From: Lentimicrobiaceae bacterium
Lineage (GTDB): Bacteria; Bacteroidota; Bacteroidia; Bacteroidales; UBA4417
Direction: 5' to 3'
Assembly: GCA_033809755.1 (NCBI GenBank)
Contig: JAPXLB010000002.1
Coordinates: 64,486 to 128,485 of the forward strand
Length of the DNA: 64,000 nt
In this document: piece by piece, positions 1 to 9,819 of the stretch
How the letters are laid out: the number at the start of each line of letters is the position of its first letter
Position numbering within the stretch: the first letter of the stretch is position 1
The notes under the pieces: generated by a model
Told to the model about the DNA's origin: nothing
The model's input: the letters and a program-made list of their open reading frames with translations, nothing else
Database searches by the model: none
Translations under genes and position numbers: made by a program

Positions 1-185
1 TCGGAATTAGGAATTTGAATATTACCTTTCTCAACAAGTTTTAATCTATTATATCCGGCACCTACAGAAATGCCCATAATGTTTTTATTAGCGTACTGTC
101 CCATAGCTTTATTGCAACCGAACAAAGTAAGAAGGAAAAATACTAACAAAAACGTTACTCTACAATTATTTTTTATAAAACTCAT
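1..185 (-). CDS. N-terminal fragment of a lipoprotein (gene continues beyond window start)
   Basis: The reverse complement starts with ATG at 185-183 and reads MSFIKNNCRVTFLLVFFLLTLFGCNKAMGQ... This is a hydrophobic signal followed by a lipobox-like LFGC. The ORF is open to the window edge. Confidence 0.4.
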   Translation of the reverse strand, partial: MSFIKNNCRVTFLLVFFLLTLFGCNKAMGQYANKNIMGISVGAGYNRLKLVEKGNIQIPNS

Positions 186-269
186 CAATAATATTGTTAA
201 AATTCATTCCAAAATTAATATATTTATAAAAACATTGGAAAAAATTTGATAAGGTTCGCTATCTTTTTA

Positions 270-277
270 TATTTTTG
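270..277 (+). promoter_or_regulatory. Bacteroidota -7 box (TAnnTTTG) upstream of ROK gene
   Basis: TATTTTTG at 270-277, 35 nt upstream of ATG 312. It matches the established Bacteroides sigma-AB -7 consensus TAnnTTTG. Confidence 0.4.
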
Positions 278-311
278 TAAAAAAACTAAAATTATTACTA
301 ATAAAATTATC

Positions 312-1538
312 ATGCACACAACAATATTATTACCACAAGATGCAAATAAAAAATTTGTTTACGAAAGAAAAAGGCAGCTCAAATTAGAAATTCTTCGTTT
401 TTTATATAAAAATGGTAAGCAATCCATCCCCGATCTCAGTGGCTACCTAGAACACAGCACTCCTACAATTACCAGAGCTGTTGAATCGTTAATTGACGAA
501 GATAATTTAGTTGTCAATTTGGGAGAAGGAGCCTCAAAAGGCGGAAGGCGTCCTAACTACTACGGGCTTAACCCTGAAGCTAAATACGTTTTAGCATTGG
601 ACATAAGCAGATATTACACAAAAATATGTTTATACGATTTTGTTTGTAATCCTAAAATTGAAGTGAAAACAATAAATGAAGGATTTGAAACCACTAACGA
701 CATATTATCTTTCATCAAGGTAGAAGTGAATAAATATTTGTCAGATTCAAAAATTAATACCGATAAAATAGTTGGAGCAGGTATTGCAATTCCGGGACTG
801 ATAAATATAAAAACTGGGATGAGTTACTCGTATCTGAAAGAAGACGAACCGGCTCATGTTATTTTTAAAGAATTATTGAATTTTCCTGCATTTGTTATAA
901 ACGACACTAAAGCTATGACTTTGAGTGAATTGTACTTTGGTAAAGCAAATGGAAAGAAAAACGTTTTATACCTTACAGTTGGGTCGGGTGTCGGATTAGG
1001 AATTATTGTCAATGGCAAACTATACCACGGAACATCCGGATATACCGGTGAATTCGGACATATTCAAGTTCAACCCGACGGTAAACTTTGTCGCTGCGGT
1101 AAAATAGGTTGTCTTGAAACAGTAGCATCGGGTAGAGTACTGATTGAAAATATTATAAGCGAACTTTCAAATGGATCCGATAGTATAATAAGAAACTTGG
1201 TTAACAATGACTTATCATTAATAGATGCAAATATTGTCACAGAAGCAGCCAGAAAAGGAGATTTCTTTTCTATACAAAAATTGGCTGAAATAGGTGAGCG
1301 TCTCGGACTAGGAATTACTACTCTGATACACCTTTTCAATCCCGAAATGATTATCATAGGTGGCGATTTGGGTGTTGCAGGAAACTTTATTACAGATCCT
1401 ATTCAACATAGCATAAATAAATACGCACTACAAAAAATAAAAAGAGATGCACATATAGTTGCTTCCGAAATTGGTGAAAACACCACTCTTATGGGTGCAT
1501 ATGCTAATACAATGAACGCAATTTTTAATGTATCATAA
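312..1538 (+). CDS. ROK family transcriptional regulator / sugar kinase
   Basis: An N-terminal HTH-like segment (KQSIPDLSGYLEHSTPTITRAVESLI) is followed by a ROK fold with Gly-rich GSGVGLGII and the Cys cluster CRCGKIGCLE. The ORF-track start at 246 is TTG and would contain the putative promoter box, so ATG 312 is preferred. Confidence 0.8.
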   Translation: MHTTILLPQDANKKFVYERKRQLKLEILRFLYKNGKQSIPDLSGYLEHSTPTITRAVESLIDEDNLVVNLGEGASKGGRRPNYYGLNPEAKYVLALDISRYYTKICLYDFVCNPKIEVKTINEGFETTNDILSFIKVEVNKYLSDSKINTDKIVGAGIAIPGLINIKTGMSYSYLKEDEPAHVIFKELLNFPAFVINDTKAMTLSELYFGKANGKKNVLYLTVGSGVGLGIIVNGKLYHGTSGYTGEFGHIQVQPDGKLCRCGKIGCLETVASGRVLIENIISELSNGSDSIIRNLVNNDLSLIDANIVTEAARKGDFFSIQKLAEIGERLGLGITTLIHLFNPEMIIIGGDLGVAGNFITDPIQHSINKYALQKIKRDAHIVASEIGENTTLMGAYANTMNAIFNVS

Positions 1539-1559
1539 GACAAAATAAATTCTAATATT

Positions 1560-2465
1560 ATGAAACCTACTTTAGTGATTTTAGCAGCCGGAATGGGTAG
1601 TAGATTTGGAGGATTAAAACAAATTGACGCTTTTGGTCCAAACGGCGAAACAATTATCGATTATTCTATATTTGATGCCATAAGAAGTGGATACGGCAAA
1701 ATAGTTTTTATTATCAGAAAACACTTTGAAAAAGAATTTAACGACATCATAATCGATAAGGTGAGAAAACACATCAATGTCGATTATGTTTTTCAGGAAC
1801 TTGACTACTTGCCCGAAGGTTACGTTCTACCTCCAGAAAGAGAAAAACCTTGGGGAACAGGACATGCCGTTTTGTGTGTTAGAAACATTGTTAACGAACC
1901 TTTTACCGTTATCAACGGTGACGATTTCTACGGTTTTGGAGCTTTTAAAGTTATGAGTGATTATTTATCTAATTTAACTGACTCGCAGCAAAACATATTT
2001 TCAATGGTCGCTTATAAGGTTGGTAATACCTTGTCGGAAAATGGTGTCGTATCACGTGGAGTTTGTAATGTTAGTAGCGACGATACTCTTATTTCTGTCA
2101 CCGAAAGAACAAACATAAAAGATTACGACGGAATAATAGGATATATTGACGAAAATGAAAATATGGTTGCTCTGGATTTCGACTCAAAAGTTTCGATGAA
2201 CTTTTGGGGATTTACGCCTTTGTACTTTGACCTCACTCATTCGCTTTTTATCGATTTCTTAGACAAAAACATAAATACTCCAAAATCGGAATTTTATATT
2301 CCAAGTGCAGTAGATTTGCTTATCAAAAGCAATAAAGCATCTGTCAAGGTGCTAACTTCTGACGCCAAATGGTTTGGAGTTACTTATAAAGAAGACAAAC
2401 CTTCGGTTGTAAACAAGATTGGAGAACTTGTCGATAACAAAATTTATCCCTCAAAACTGTTTTAA
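1560..2465 (+). CDS. sugar-1-phosphate nucleotidyltransferase family protein
   Basis: N-terminal LAAGMGSRFGGLKQ, the G-x-G-x-R-x(n)-K NTP-transferase signature, plus a GTGHAV motif. Confidence 0.7.
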   Translation: MKPTLVILAAGMGSRFGGLKQIDAFGPNGETIIDYSIFDAIRSGYGKIVFIIRKHFEKEFNDIIIDKVRKHINVDYVFQELDYLPEGYVLPPEREKPWGTGHAVLCVRNIVNEPFTVINGDDFYGFGAFKVMSDYLSNLTDSQQNIFSMVAYKVGNTLSENGVVSRGVCNVSSDDTLISVTERTNIKDYDGIIGYIDENENMVALDFDSKVSMNFWGFTPLYFDLTHSLFIDFLDKNINTPKSEFYIPSAVDLLIKSNKASVKVLTSDAKWFGVTYKEDKPSVVNKIGELVDNKIYPSKLF

Positions 2466-2474
2466 TAATCAATT

Positions 2475-4736
2475 ATGAATATTAATCTTTTAAAGTTTGT
2501 TTCTATAACTATACTTTGGCTATTTGGTATTAGCTCATTTGCTCAAAACCTAACAATCGTAAAAGATAACAAATCCGATTACGTTATTATTGTTCCTCAA
2601 ACGGCTAGCCAGTCGGATATCACTGCAGCCGAATATTTGCAGGAATATATTTTTAAATCAACAGGGGTGGTTGTTCCGAGTCTGCAAGAAACCGAACAGC
2701 AGAGCCAAAACATAATTAGCATCGGAAATACTTTGTTGCTTAACAAAACAAATAATAAAACCAAAGACAGCTATCAAGAAGATGAGTTTCAAGTATTTGC
2801 CCATAACAACAACTTATATTTTGTAGGTGGTACAGATAAAGGAACTCTGTACGGAGTTATTGAATTTATTGAAAAGTATTTAAACTCGTACGTATTGGCT
2901 CCCGATGTGGAAATTGTAGCTGAGCTCAATGAGATTATTATTCCCGAAAATATTAATTTGAGTGACAAACCCTACAATGTTTTCAGAAACGTAAACGGAA
3001 GATTTGTTGACAACGAAAAGTACAAAAATTGGATGCGTTTGGATAATGTTTACGAAGTTTTCGGAAACAACTACTACGTCCACACATTCAATAACCTTAT
3101 CCCTTGGGAAAAATATTTTAAATTATATCCCGAATTATACGCGTACTACAACAATAAGCATAATCCCACTCAATTATGTTTATCTAATCCTGAAGTGTTA
3201 AACCGAGCAATAACCAAATTAAAACATGAAATGTTTAAACAACCCGACCGTAAATATTGGTCGGTGAGTCAAAACGATAACGACTCTTATTGCAAGTGCG
3301 AAAAATGTACTCGAACGATTGAAAAAGAGGGCAGTCCTTCGGGTTTGCTCCTGCAGTTTGTCAACAAAATTGCAGCCGAATTTCCCGATAAAGTCATATC
3401 AACATTAGCATACAGCTACACTCGCAAAGCCCCGAAATACACAAAGCCCGCTAAAAACGTTCAAATCGTTTTGTGTACTATTGAGTTAAACAGAAGCATG
3501 CCTATTGCCGAAGATCCTTCAAGTGCAAGTTTTGTCGAAGATATAAAGCAATGGTCGGCACTGACCGATAATATTATGATATGGGATTACACAGTCGATT
3601 TTGCTCATTTTTCTTATCCTTTCCCAAATTTGCACGTTTTGCAACCCAACATTAAGTTTTTTAATGAATACAATGTAAAATCTCATTTTCAGCAGACTAA
3701 CACGCTTATAGGGCACGAAATGTCCGAACTTAAAAGTTATTTAATATCTCGTCTCTTGTGGAATCCTGATATTAATTTCGATTCGACAAAACGAGTTTTT
3801 ATTGAGAAATACTTTGGCGATGCGTCAAGCTACATCTTGAAATATGTAAATACTTTAGAAAAAGAACTTCTGAAATCAGGCGAAAAACTCAATATATACG
3901 AGCATCCAACATCGCATGAAAACACCTTATATTCAGAAAAAAATCTGAAATATTACAACAAACTTTTCGACAAAGCCGAAAAAGCAGTGAAAAACAATCC
4001 GTATGTTTATCAACGTGTTAAGGTGGCTCGTCTGCCAATTCAGTACACTGCGATGGAAATTGGTAAAAAGCATTTGCTAGGCAAAAGGGGTTGGTACAAC
4101 AAGAAAAATAACGATTATATTATTAAAGACGAAATGCTTGCTGTACTTGAAGATTTTTACAGCACTTGTAAAAATAATAATGTCAGAAATCTCAACGAAT
4201 CGCGTCTTACTCCAAAGAAATACTACGATATGACTATGCGTTTCCTGCGCATATATACTAAAGATAACCATGCTTTTGAAAAGAAAATAACTTCAACAGT
4301 TGCTGCAAGCACTAAATATTCCAAAGGTGATTTGCAATTGCTAACAAATGGTGTTAGGGGTCCCAACGACTACAACGTACATTGGATAGGTTGGGAAAAC
4401 GAAGACACAAAACTGACTTTAGATTTGGAAAAAAATCTTTCTTTCGATAGCATAATAATTAGTTCAATGTATTATCCGCAAAGTTGGATACTGCATCCGC
4501 AGTCGATAGAGTGTTTAGTTTCGGAAGATGGTATTAACTACACATCTGTCGGCAAATATACGCCGGGATTAATTCAAAAGGAAGAAGAAAACATCAAAGA
4601 CTTCGTTTTTACAGGTAAATTTAATAATATAAAATACGTTAGTTTCGATGTTAAAGGCACGAAAACTTTACCCGATTGGCATTACGCTGCCGGCGGAAAA
4701 TCGTGGTTCTTTTTTGATGAGATTATTATCAAATAA
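2475..4736 (+). CDS. DUF4838-like secreted protein with C-terminal discoidin (F5/8 type C)-like domain
   Basis: Signal peptide. The N-terminus (LTIVKDNKSDYVIIVPQTAS...LYFVGGTDKGTLYGV) is typical of Bacteroidota DUF4838/GH-like proteins. The C-terminal ~150 aa look discoidin-like. Recognised by eye only. Confidence 0.55.
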   Translation: MNINLLKFVSITILWLFGISSFAQNLTIVKDNKSDYVIIVPQTASQSDITAAEYLQEYIFKSTGVVVPSLQETEQQSQNIISIGNTLLLNKTNNKTKDSYQEDEFQVFAHNNNLYFVGGTDKGTLYGVIEFIEKYLNSYVLAPDVEIVAELNEIIIPENINLSDKPYNVFRNVNGRFVDNEKYKNWMRLDNVYEVFGNNYYVHTFNNLIPWEKYFKLYPELYAYYNNKHNPTQLCLSNPEVLNRAITKLKHEMFKQPDRKYWSVSQNDNDSYCKCEKCTRTIEKEGSPSGLLLQFVNKIAAEFPDKVISTLAYSYTRKAPKYTKPAKNVQIVLCTIELNRSMPIAEDPSSASFVEDIKQWSALTDNIMIWDYTVDFAHFSYPFPNLHVLQPNIKFFNEYNVKSHFQQTNTLIGHEMSELKSYLISRLLWNPDINFDSTKRVFIEKYFGDASSYILKYVNTLEKELLKSGEKLNIYEHPTSHENTLYSEKNLKYYNKLFDKAEKAVKNNPYVYQRVKVARLPIQYTAMEIGKKHLLGKRGWYNKKNNDYIIKDEMLAVLEDFYSTCKNNNVRNLNESRLTPKKYYDMTMRFLRIYTKDNHAFEKKITSTVAASTKYSKGDLQLLTNGVRGPNDYNVHWIGWENEDTKLTLDLEKNLSFDSIIISSMYYPQSWILHPQSIECLVSEDGINYTSVGKYTPGLIQKEEENIKDFVFTGKFNNIKYVSFDVKGTKTLPDWHYAAGGKSWFFFDEIIIK

Positions 4737-4752
4737 TTTCTTAATTTTGTAG

Positions 4753-4760
4753 TATATTTG
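4753..4760 (+). promoter_or_regulatory. -7 box (TATATTTG) upstream of LysM gene
   Basis: Matches TAnnTTTG, 21 nt upstream of ATG 4781. Confidence 0.4.
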
Positions 4761-4780
4761 TCAGCAACAAAATTTATAAA

Positions 4781-6754
4781 ATGAAATTATCTGCAAAACT
4801 ATCAATTATATTGCTTCTTGCTTTCAATCTGTCGGCTATTCAGCTGTTTTCGCAAAATGTTAAAGTTGAAAAATCGACGATTATCGAATATTACAAAGGA
4901 AAGCCTTATTATATGCACTTTGTAAAAAAAGGAGAAACTATCGATAAAATTGCAGATGCATACCAAGTTACCGTTGAAGAAATTAGGCGAGAAAACGATT
5001 TTATGAAAGGCGAAGTTGCAGAATTTCAAGCTCTGAAAATACCTCAAAATCAGAAGAATACGACTTCAACTGTCGATGAGTCTAAGGAAACTAAAAGTGT
5101 AAAAGAAAAAAAGATAGTTGTTCCCGATTTTACTAAAACTACAGTCGATACCATACAAGAATTTGTTACTTACAAAGCCAAAAAACAAGATTCATTCGAC
5201 GGTATTGCCCGAAAATTTAATATTACTACCGAATCGTTGCTTAAGGCAAACCCAGACCTAAAAAGGCTCAAAAGAGGTACAATAGTTAATATTCCGCCTT
5301 CAAATAATTGGGTTTTGAAAACCGATGATAAAGTTGTTGAAAAACCAAAATTTCAGCAAAAAGATTCAGCAATAGTGGTCGTGCCCACAATCGACTCGCT
5401 TGTAATACAGCCCGAAATTCCTGAAAACTGTATCCTTGTCCAACCAAAGCAAACACTGTTCAGAATTTCAAATACGTACAATATTTCTATAGATTCGCTT
5501 ATTATACTCAATCCTCAACTCGAAAACGGCTTAAAAGCAGGTATGATACTAAAAATAAGACCCGACAAAGGTTCGGAAATTACTCCCGTATTTGAAATTG
5601 ATAAAAACAAAGACAGTTTTGTTCAAAATTTGTTAGAATCAGAGTACTACAATCCCCGAAATTTTGACAATATTTTTAAAGTTGCCTTGCTATTACCGTT
5701 TGATGTAGAAAATTATTCTGCATCAGAACAAGAAACAAGCAACCCTGAAAGCTCTTTTTATCAATTTATGCAGTTTTACGGTGGTTTTACACTTGCAGTT
5801 GATTCGCTAGTGAAAAATGGGCTTAAAATTAAATTATTCGTCTACGATGCAGACCAGCAGAAGGGAACCGGCAAAATTGAAGCAATTTTGAGAAAAGATG
5901 AAATGAAAAGTATGGACTTAATTGTTGGTCCGTTATTCATCCACACATTTTCAGTCGCAGCCAAATTTGCCCAACGATACGATATTCCTATAGTTAATCC
6001 CTTGTCGAAACGCGAAAATCTTACCAACGGAAACAGCCAAGTAATTAAAGTGCAACCGCTCTACAATTCAATAGGACAGGTTATAAGCAGCTATATCAAA
6101 AATAATTATTCGGAAACTGTAAATGTTATTTTAGTCGATAACAACGAAGCAAATTACAAGAACTGTATCAGCCAAATTACTAGCTCAGCAAATACTAATA
6201 GCAGATATTATACCACAACCTATTCAGTTGTTAGTTATAAAAATGGTGGCATTTCGGGAGTTGTTAGCAAACTTAAACCCAATATTAAAAACTTAATAAT
6301 TTACTTTACCAACGAAAAAGAAAATATTAAAGAGTTTGTTTCGCTTTTGTATTCCAGAAAAGGCAACTATATTATCGATTTAGCTGGCTTCGATGGATGG
6401 GATAAAACAGATATAAATACCAACTTCCTTAACGACTTTAATTATACACAGTTTGCGACTTATTATGTAAATCACGAGCTTCCTGAAGTTAAACATTTTA
6501 ACAACACATTTAAAGATAAATTCAACGCATTCCCAGTCGATAAACAGCTTCCGTACCTTGGCTATGATATTGGAATGTTTTTCTTAAATACGCTGTATCA
6601 TTTGGATTCTAAATACACCGATAGTTATAGTAATAACTACTATAAAGGATTATCGACAAACTTTTATTTTACCAAAAGTAGCCCTAATAATGGATTAGAA
6701 AATTACGGAATTAAAACGCTTAAATTATCTAATAATCAATTGATTGAGAAGTGA
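4781..6754 (+). CDS. LysM-repeat protein with C-terminal periplasmic-binding-protein (type 1)-like domain
   Basis: Signal peptide. Three LysM-like units (YMHFVKKGETIDKIADAYQVTVEEIRRENDF; YKAKKQDSFDGIARKFNITTESLLKANP; VQPKQTLFRISNTYNISIDSLIILNP), then a ~350-aa alpha/beta region. Confidence 0.7.
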   Translation: MKLSAKLSIILLLAFNLSAIQLFSQNVKVEKSTIIEYYKGKPYYMHFVKKGETIDKIADAYQVTVEEIRRENDFMKGEVAEFQALKIPQNQKNTTSTVDESKETKSVKEKKIVVPDFTKTTVDTIQEFVTYKAKKQDSFDGIARKFNITTESLLKANPDLKRLKRGTIVNIPPSNNWVLKTDDKVVEKPKFQQKDSAIVVVPTIDSLVIQPEIPENCILVQPKQTLFRISNTYNISIDSLIILNPQLENGLKAGMILKIRPDKGSEITPVFEIDKNKDSFVQNLLESEYYNPRNFDNIFKVALLLPFDVENYSASEQETSNPESSFYQFMQFYGGFTLAVDSLVKNGLKIKLFVYDADQQKGTGKIEAILRKDEMKSMDLIVGPLFIHTFSVAAKFAQRYDIPIVNPLSKRENLTNGNSQVIKVQPLYNSIGQVISSYIKNNYSETVNVILVDNNEANYKNCISQITSSANTNSRYYTTTYSVVSYKNGGISGVVSKLKPNIKNLIIYFTNEKENIKEFVSLLYSRKGNYIIDLAGFDGWDKTDINTNFLNDFNYTQFATYYVNHELPEVKHFNNTFKDKFNAFPVDKQLPYLGYDIGMFFLNTLYHLDSKYTDSYSNNYYKGLSTNFYFTKSSPNNGLENYGIKTLKLSNNQLIEK

Positions 6755-6786
6755 AAAGTGTTTCTCAACGATCCAATGATAAACAA

Positions 6787-7605
6787 TTATCGTTTTTTCT
6801 TTTTAAAAACGTAAACACACAATTTGCACAACAAAAACATAGTAGCCAACATCAATACTATTGAAGCTCCTGATGGTATATTGAAAGTAAACGAAATAAG
6901 CAAACCGGCAAGACTTCCAATCAAGCTGAACAACATTGCAAGCACCATAATCTTCTTATAATCATTTGTAAATATATTTGCTATATTGGCAGGTATAGTT
7001 AGCAATGCAATTACTAAAACAATTCCAGCAACTCTGATATTAGCAACAATAACTAACGAAACTAAGATTAATAATCCCAAATCAAATATGTTGGTATTAA
7101 CGCCTTTTGTGTGGGCGTATTCAGCATCAAAAGAAATAAACAATATTTGGTAGTAAAAAACGCTGAAAACGATAATTGTAATCAGAGTAAGAATTCCCAA
7201 TAACAAAATATCGGTTTTGCTAACCAATAAAATGCTTCCAAAAAGGTATGACATTAGGTCGGGGACATATCCGGGTGTCAAATAAATAAAAACAACACCC
7301 AAAGCCATTCCCAACGACCATAAAATACCTATAACAGAATCGAAACGCAGTTTTAATAATTTGTTTCCGTAGTGAATCGCAAATGCAGTCAACAAGCTAA
7401 AACCGGCAGCTCCAATTAATGGGTTTATTCCTAAAAAATAACCTATCCCAATTCCTCCAAACGATGCGTGCGATATGCCACCGCTTAAAAACACTAATCG
7501 ACGTGTAACTATATACGTTCCGATAAGACCACTCAAAATACTAGATAATAGTATGACAATTAAAGAATTGTAAAAAAACGGCATAGTAAAAATTGAAACA
7601 TCCAT
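6787..7605 (-). CDS. metal (Zn/Mn) ABC transporter permease, ZnuB/TroC type
   Basis: A 272-aa polytopic membrane protein with the GGISHASFGGIG motif typical of ABC-3 permeases. It is the last gene of a three-gene minus-strand operon. Confidence 0.8.
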   Translation of the reverse strand: MDVSIFTMPFFYNSLIVILLSSILSGLIGTYIVTRRLVFLSGGISHASFGGIGIGYFLGINPLIGAAGFSLLTAFAIHYGNKLLKLRFDSVIGILWSLGMALGVVFIYLTPGYVPDLMSYLFGSILLVSKTDILLLGILTLITIIVFSVFYYQILFISFDAEYAHTKGVNTNIFDLGLLILVSLVIVANIRVAGIVLVIALLTIPANIANIFTNDYKKIMVLAMLFSLIGSLAGLLISFTFNIPSGASIVLMLATMFLLCKLCVYVFKKKKR

Positions 7606-7610
7606 AAGTC

Positions 7611-8345
7611 TTAGTGATTATGTAATACAGTGTGCGGCACATCGCCGTGAGTAATAAGTTGAATAGGGCAGTTGTACTGTTGCAATTGCTCTTGAGTAAT
7701 TACGTTGCTTTTATGATAATGTAAAGTCTTGTTAACGCAAGCTATTGATTTTACGTAATACGAAATAGTTCCCATATCATGCGAAACCATTAATATAGTC
7801 ATTGTTTCATTAAGATGTTTTAAAGTTTCGTGCAACTCTTTCTCAAAATTAGAATCTATGTAACTTGTGGGCTCATCTAAAATTAATATTTCAGGATTTG
7901 AGATCATTGCTCTACTTAAAAGCACCCTTTGCATCTGTCCACCGGAAATTTCACTAATCAATGAGTTTGATAAATCTAAGATGCCCATCTTTTCTAAAAT
8001 CTCTTTAGCCTGTTTCTTTTGTTGTTTACTGAATTTTATAATAATACTGCTTGAATCGAATAAGCCTGACAAAACAACATCAATAACACGTATAGGAAAC
8101 TGCTTGTCGAAATTAAAATGCTGGGGCAAATAACCAATATTCTTCGACTTTAAATTATATTCAATTGTTCCTGAAATTAAAGGAACCAAGCCCAGAATTG
8201 CCTTTACCAAAGTTGTTTTACCTCCTCCGTTCGGACCAATAATGCCAATAAAGTCATGTTCATAAACATCTAGGTTTACATCCTTTAACACAACTTTTTG
8301 ATTATAACCTACGCTAACATTTTGTAGTGAAAGTAACTTTGTCAT
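7611..8345 (-). CDS. metal ABC transporter ATP-binding protein, ZnuC type
   Basis: Walker A GPNGGGKTT, ABC signature ISGGQMQRV and Walker B ILILDEP. Confidence 0.85.
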   Translation of the reverse strand: MTKLLSLQNVSVGYNQKVVLKDVNLDVYEHDFIGIIGPNGGGKTTLVKAILGLVPLISGTIEYNLKSKNIGYLPQHFNFDKQFPIRVIDVVLSGLFDSSSIIIKFSKQQKKQAKEILEKMGILDLSNSLISEISGGQMQRVLLSRAMISNPEILILDEPTSYIDSNFEKELHETLKHLNETMTILMVSHDMGTISYYVKSIACVNKTLHYHKSNVITQEQLQQYNCPIQLITHGDVPHTVLHNH

Positions 8346-8364
8346 TGCAAATTATAAAACTTAT

Positions 8365-9264
8365 CTACTTTTTTGATTTTATTGTGCTATCATTTGTAAT
8401 CAATGAAGTTATGTAGAGCAAATTATCTACAATATTTTCCTTCATTGGATCAAACTCATACACTGTGCCATTAATTTGTTCTGCAACCACATACGCTTGT
8501 TTTGTGTCAAATTGTTTGGAAACTAAAACATTATAATATTTTTTAGACTTGGCAGTTTCAATAACATTATTTAAATAGGAAATTGAAGGCTCTTTGCCAT
8601 CTTTTTCTATTGAAATCTGCTCAAGATTGTAGTCTGCTGAATAATAAGTTAACGACGGATGAAAAATAACAAAACCCTTTACATCATTATCAGCAACTGC
8701 TTTATTTATCAAGCTGTCTGTTGCAAAAAGCCTAATTTCAAACTCTTTAAAATTTTTAGCAAATACCATCTTGTCTTCCGGATAAAACTCTGACAAAACG
8801 TATAACATATTAGAACTTATTTGTCTTATCCCAGAGGTACTTAACCAAATATGTGGGTCGATGAATTGTTTTCCTCCTCGCATACTATCAGTTATTAGTT
8901 GGGAATAATTATCGGAGGTTGAAGCTATTAATATGTCCTTATTTATACTCAAAAAATTATCCTGCCACAGTTTCTCATAATCAAATAAACCTAATGTAAA
9001 TAAAATATCCGATTTACTTAATTCGGTAAGAAGGCTAGGTGAAGGCTCAAAGTTTGTATGATTGGCACCAGGAGGCATTAATACACTTACAGTATAAGTA
9101 GAATCAACCAAACTTTCTAAAATATATTTTTGAGGTAAAATACTAACCACAATGTGCTTACTTCTCTCATCCGAACGATTAGGTCTTGAACCACATGAAA
9201 CAAAATGTAATATGACAAAGAGTAGGACAGAGTGTAAACAGATAGATTTTATTTTTGTGTTCAT
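8365..9264 (-). CDS. metal ABC transporter substrate-binding lipoprotein, ZnuA/TroA type
   Basis: Signal plus lipobox (HFVSCGS). The cluster A-I SBP layout carries conserved His residues (PPGANHTNFEPSP, IDPHIWL). It is the first gene of the operon. Confidence 0.75.
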   Translation of the reverse strand: MNTKIKSICLHSVLLFVILHFVSCGSRPNRSDERSKHIVVSILPQKYILESLVDSTYTVSVLMPPGANHTNFEPSPSLLTELSKSDILFTLGLFDYEKLWQDNFLSINKDILIASTSDNYSQLITDSMRGGKQFIDPHIWLSTSGIRQISSNMLYVLSEFYPEDKMVFAKNFKEFEIRLFATDSLINKAVADNDVKGFVIFHPSLTYYSADYNLEQISIEKDGKEPSISYLNNVIETAKSKKYYNVLVSKQFDTKQAYVVAEQINGTVYEFDPMKENIVDNLLYITSLITNDSTIKSKK

Positions 9265-9347
9265 TGTTGTTTTTTCTTCAAAAGTATAAATTTTATATCA
9301 ATTAAATTATAAATTATTTACAGCTAAATTTATTTAATAATTATGTT

Positions 9348-9789
9348 TTTACAATTGTAAATAGGCAAGTTCACAACAATCTGTTTACATATGTAAAATA
9401 AGGGGCATTTAACTAATTTCACATTTGTAAACTGATTTAAATAACACCTTGAATAATAAGTATTTACACCTCCAATAGTATATAATTTAATAATTATTAC
9501 TATTACCATTCTTATAGAATTTGCTGTAAATGAGATTGTTATATCACTTATTTGATTAGTTAGTTCAATAAATTTAAATTATTTAACTTAATAGGATAAG
9601 ATGGCTGATTTCTTATCTAATATACTGATATTTAGTAGATTATATTTGCTACTTAGTATTATACTTTAGGTGAAATTGTACGGTTTACAAATGTTTTGAT
9701 TGGGTTTCGCTCTGTTTACAAATGTTTATTATATTTTATGATATAAAAATTCACTTTTGTAAATTATAAATATTGTTTACATTTGCATA
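9348..9789. promoter_or_regulatory. array of ~7 TTTACA-N2-TGTAAA palindromic boxes in a 555-bp divergent intergenic region
   Basis: Perfect 14-bp palindromes TTTACAATTGTAAA (9348-9361) and TTTACATATGTAAA (9384-9397). Degenerate copies lie at 9418-9431, 9684-9697, 9715-9728, 9750-9763 and 9776-9789. Confidence 0.5.
9778..9785 (+). promoter_or_regulatory. -7 box (TACATTTG) upstream of HTH gene
   Basis: Matches TAnnTTTG, 35 nt upstream of ATG 9820. It overlaps the last palindromic box. Confidence 0.4.
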
Positions 9790-9819
9790 TTGATATTATG
9801 AAACAAAAAATGCTGAATT

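Noticed and set aside
246-311. TTG-initiated 22-codon N-terminal extension of the ROK gene (the ORF-track start)
   Set aside because: The extension is Phe/Ile/Lys-rich AT-driven sequence and contains the putative TAnnTTTG promoter box (270-277). ATG 312 is preferred.
9601-9669. 22-aa hydrophobic mini-ORF (MADFLSNILIFSRLYLLLSIIL) in the long intergenic region
   Set aside because: There is no supporting start context or conservation information. An AT-rich sequence readily yields such ORFs.
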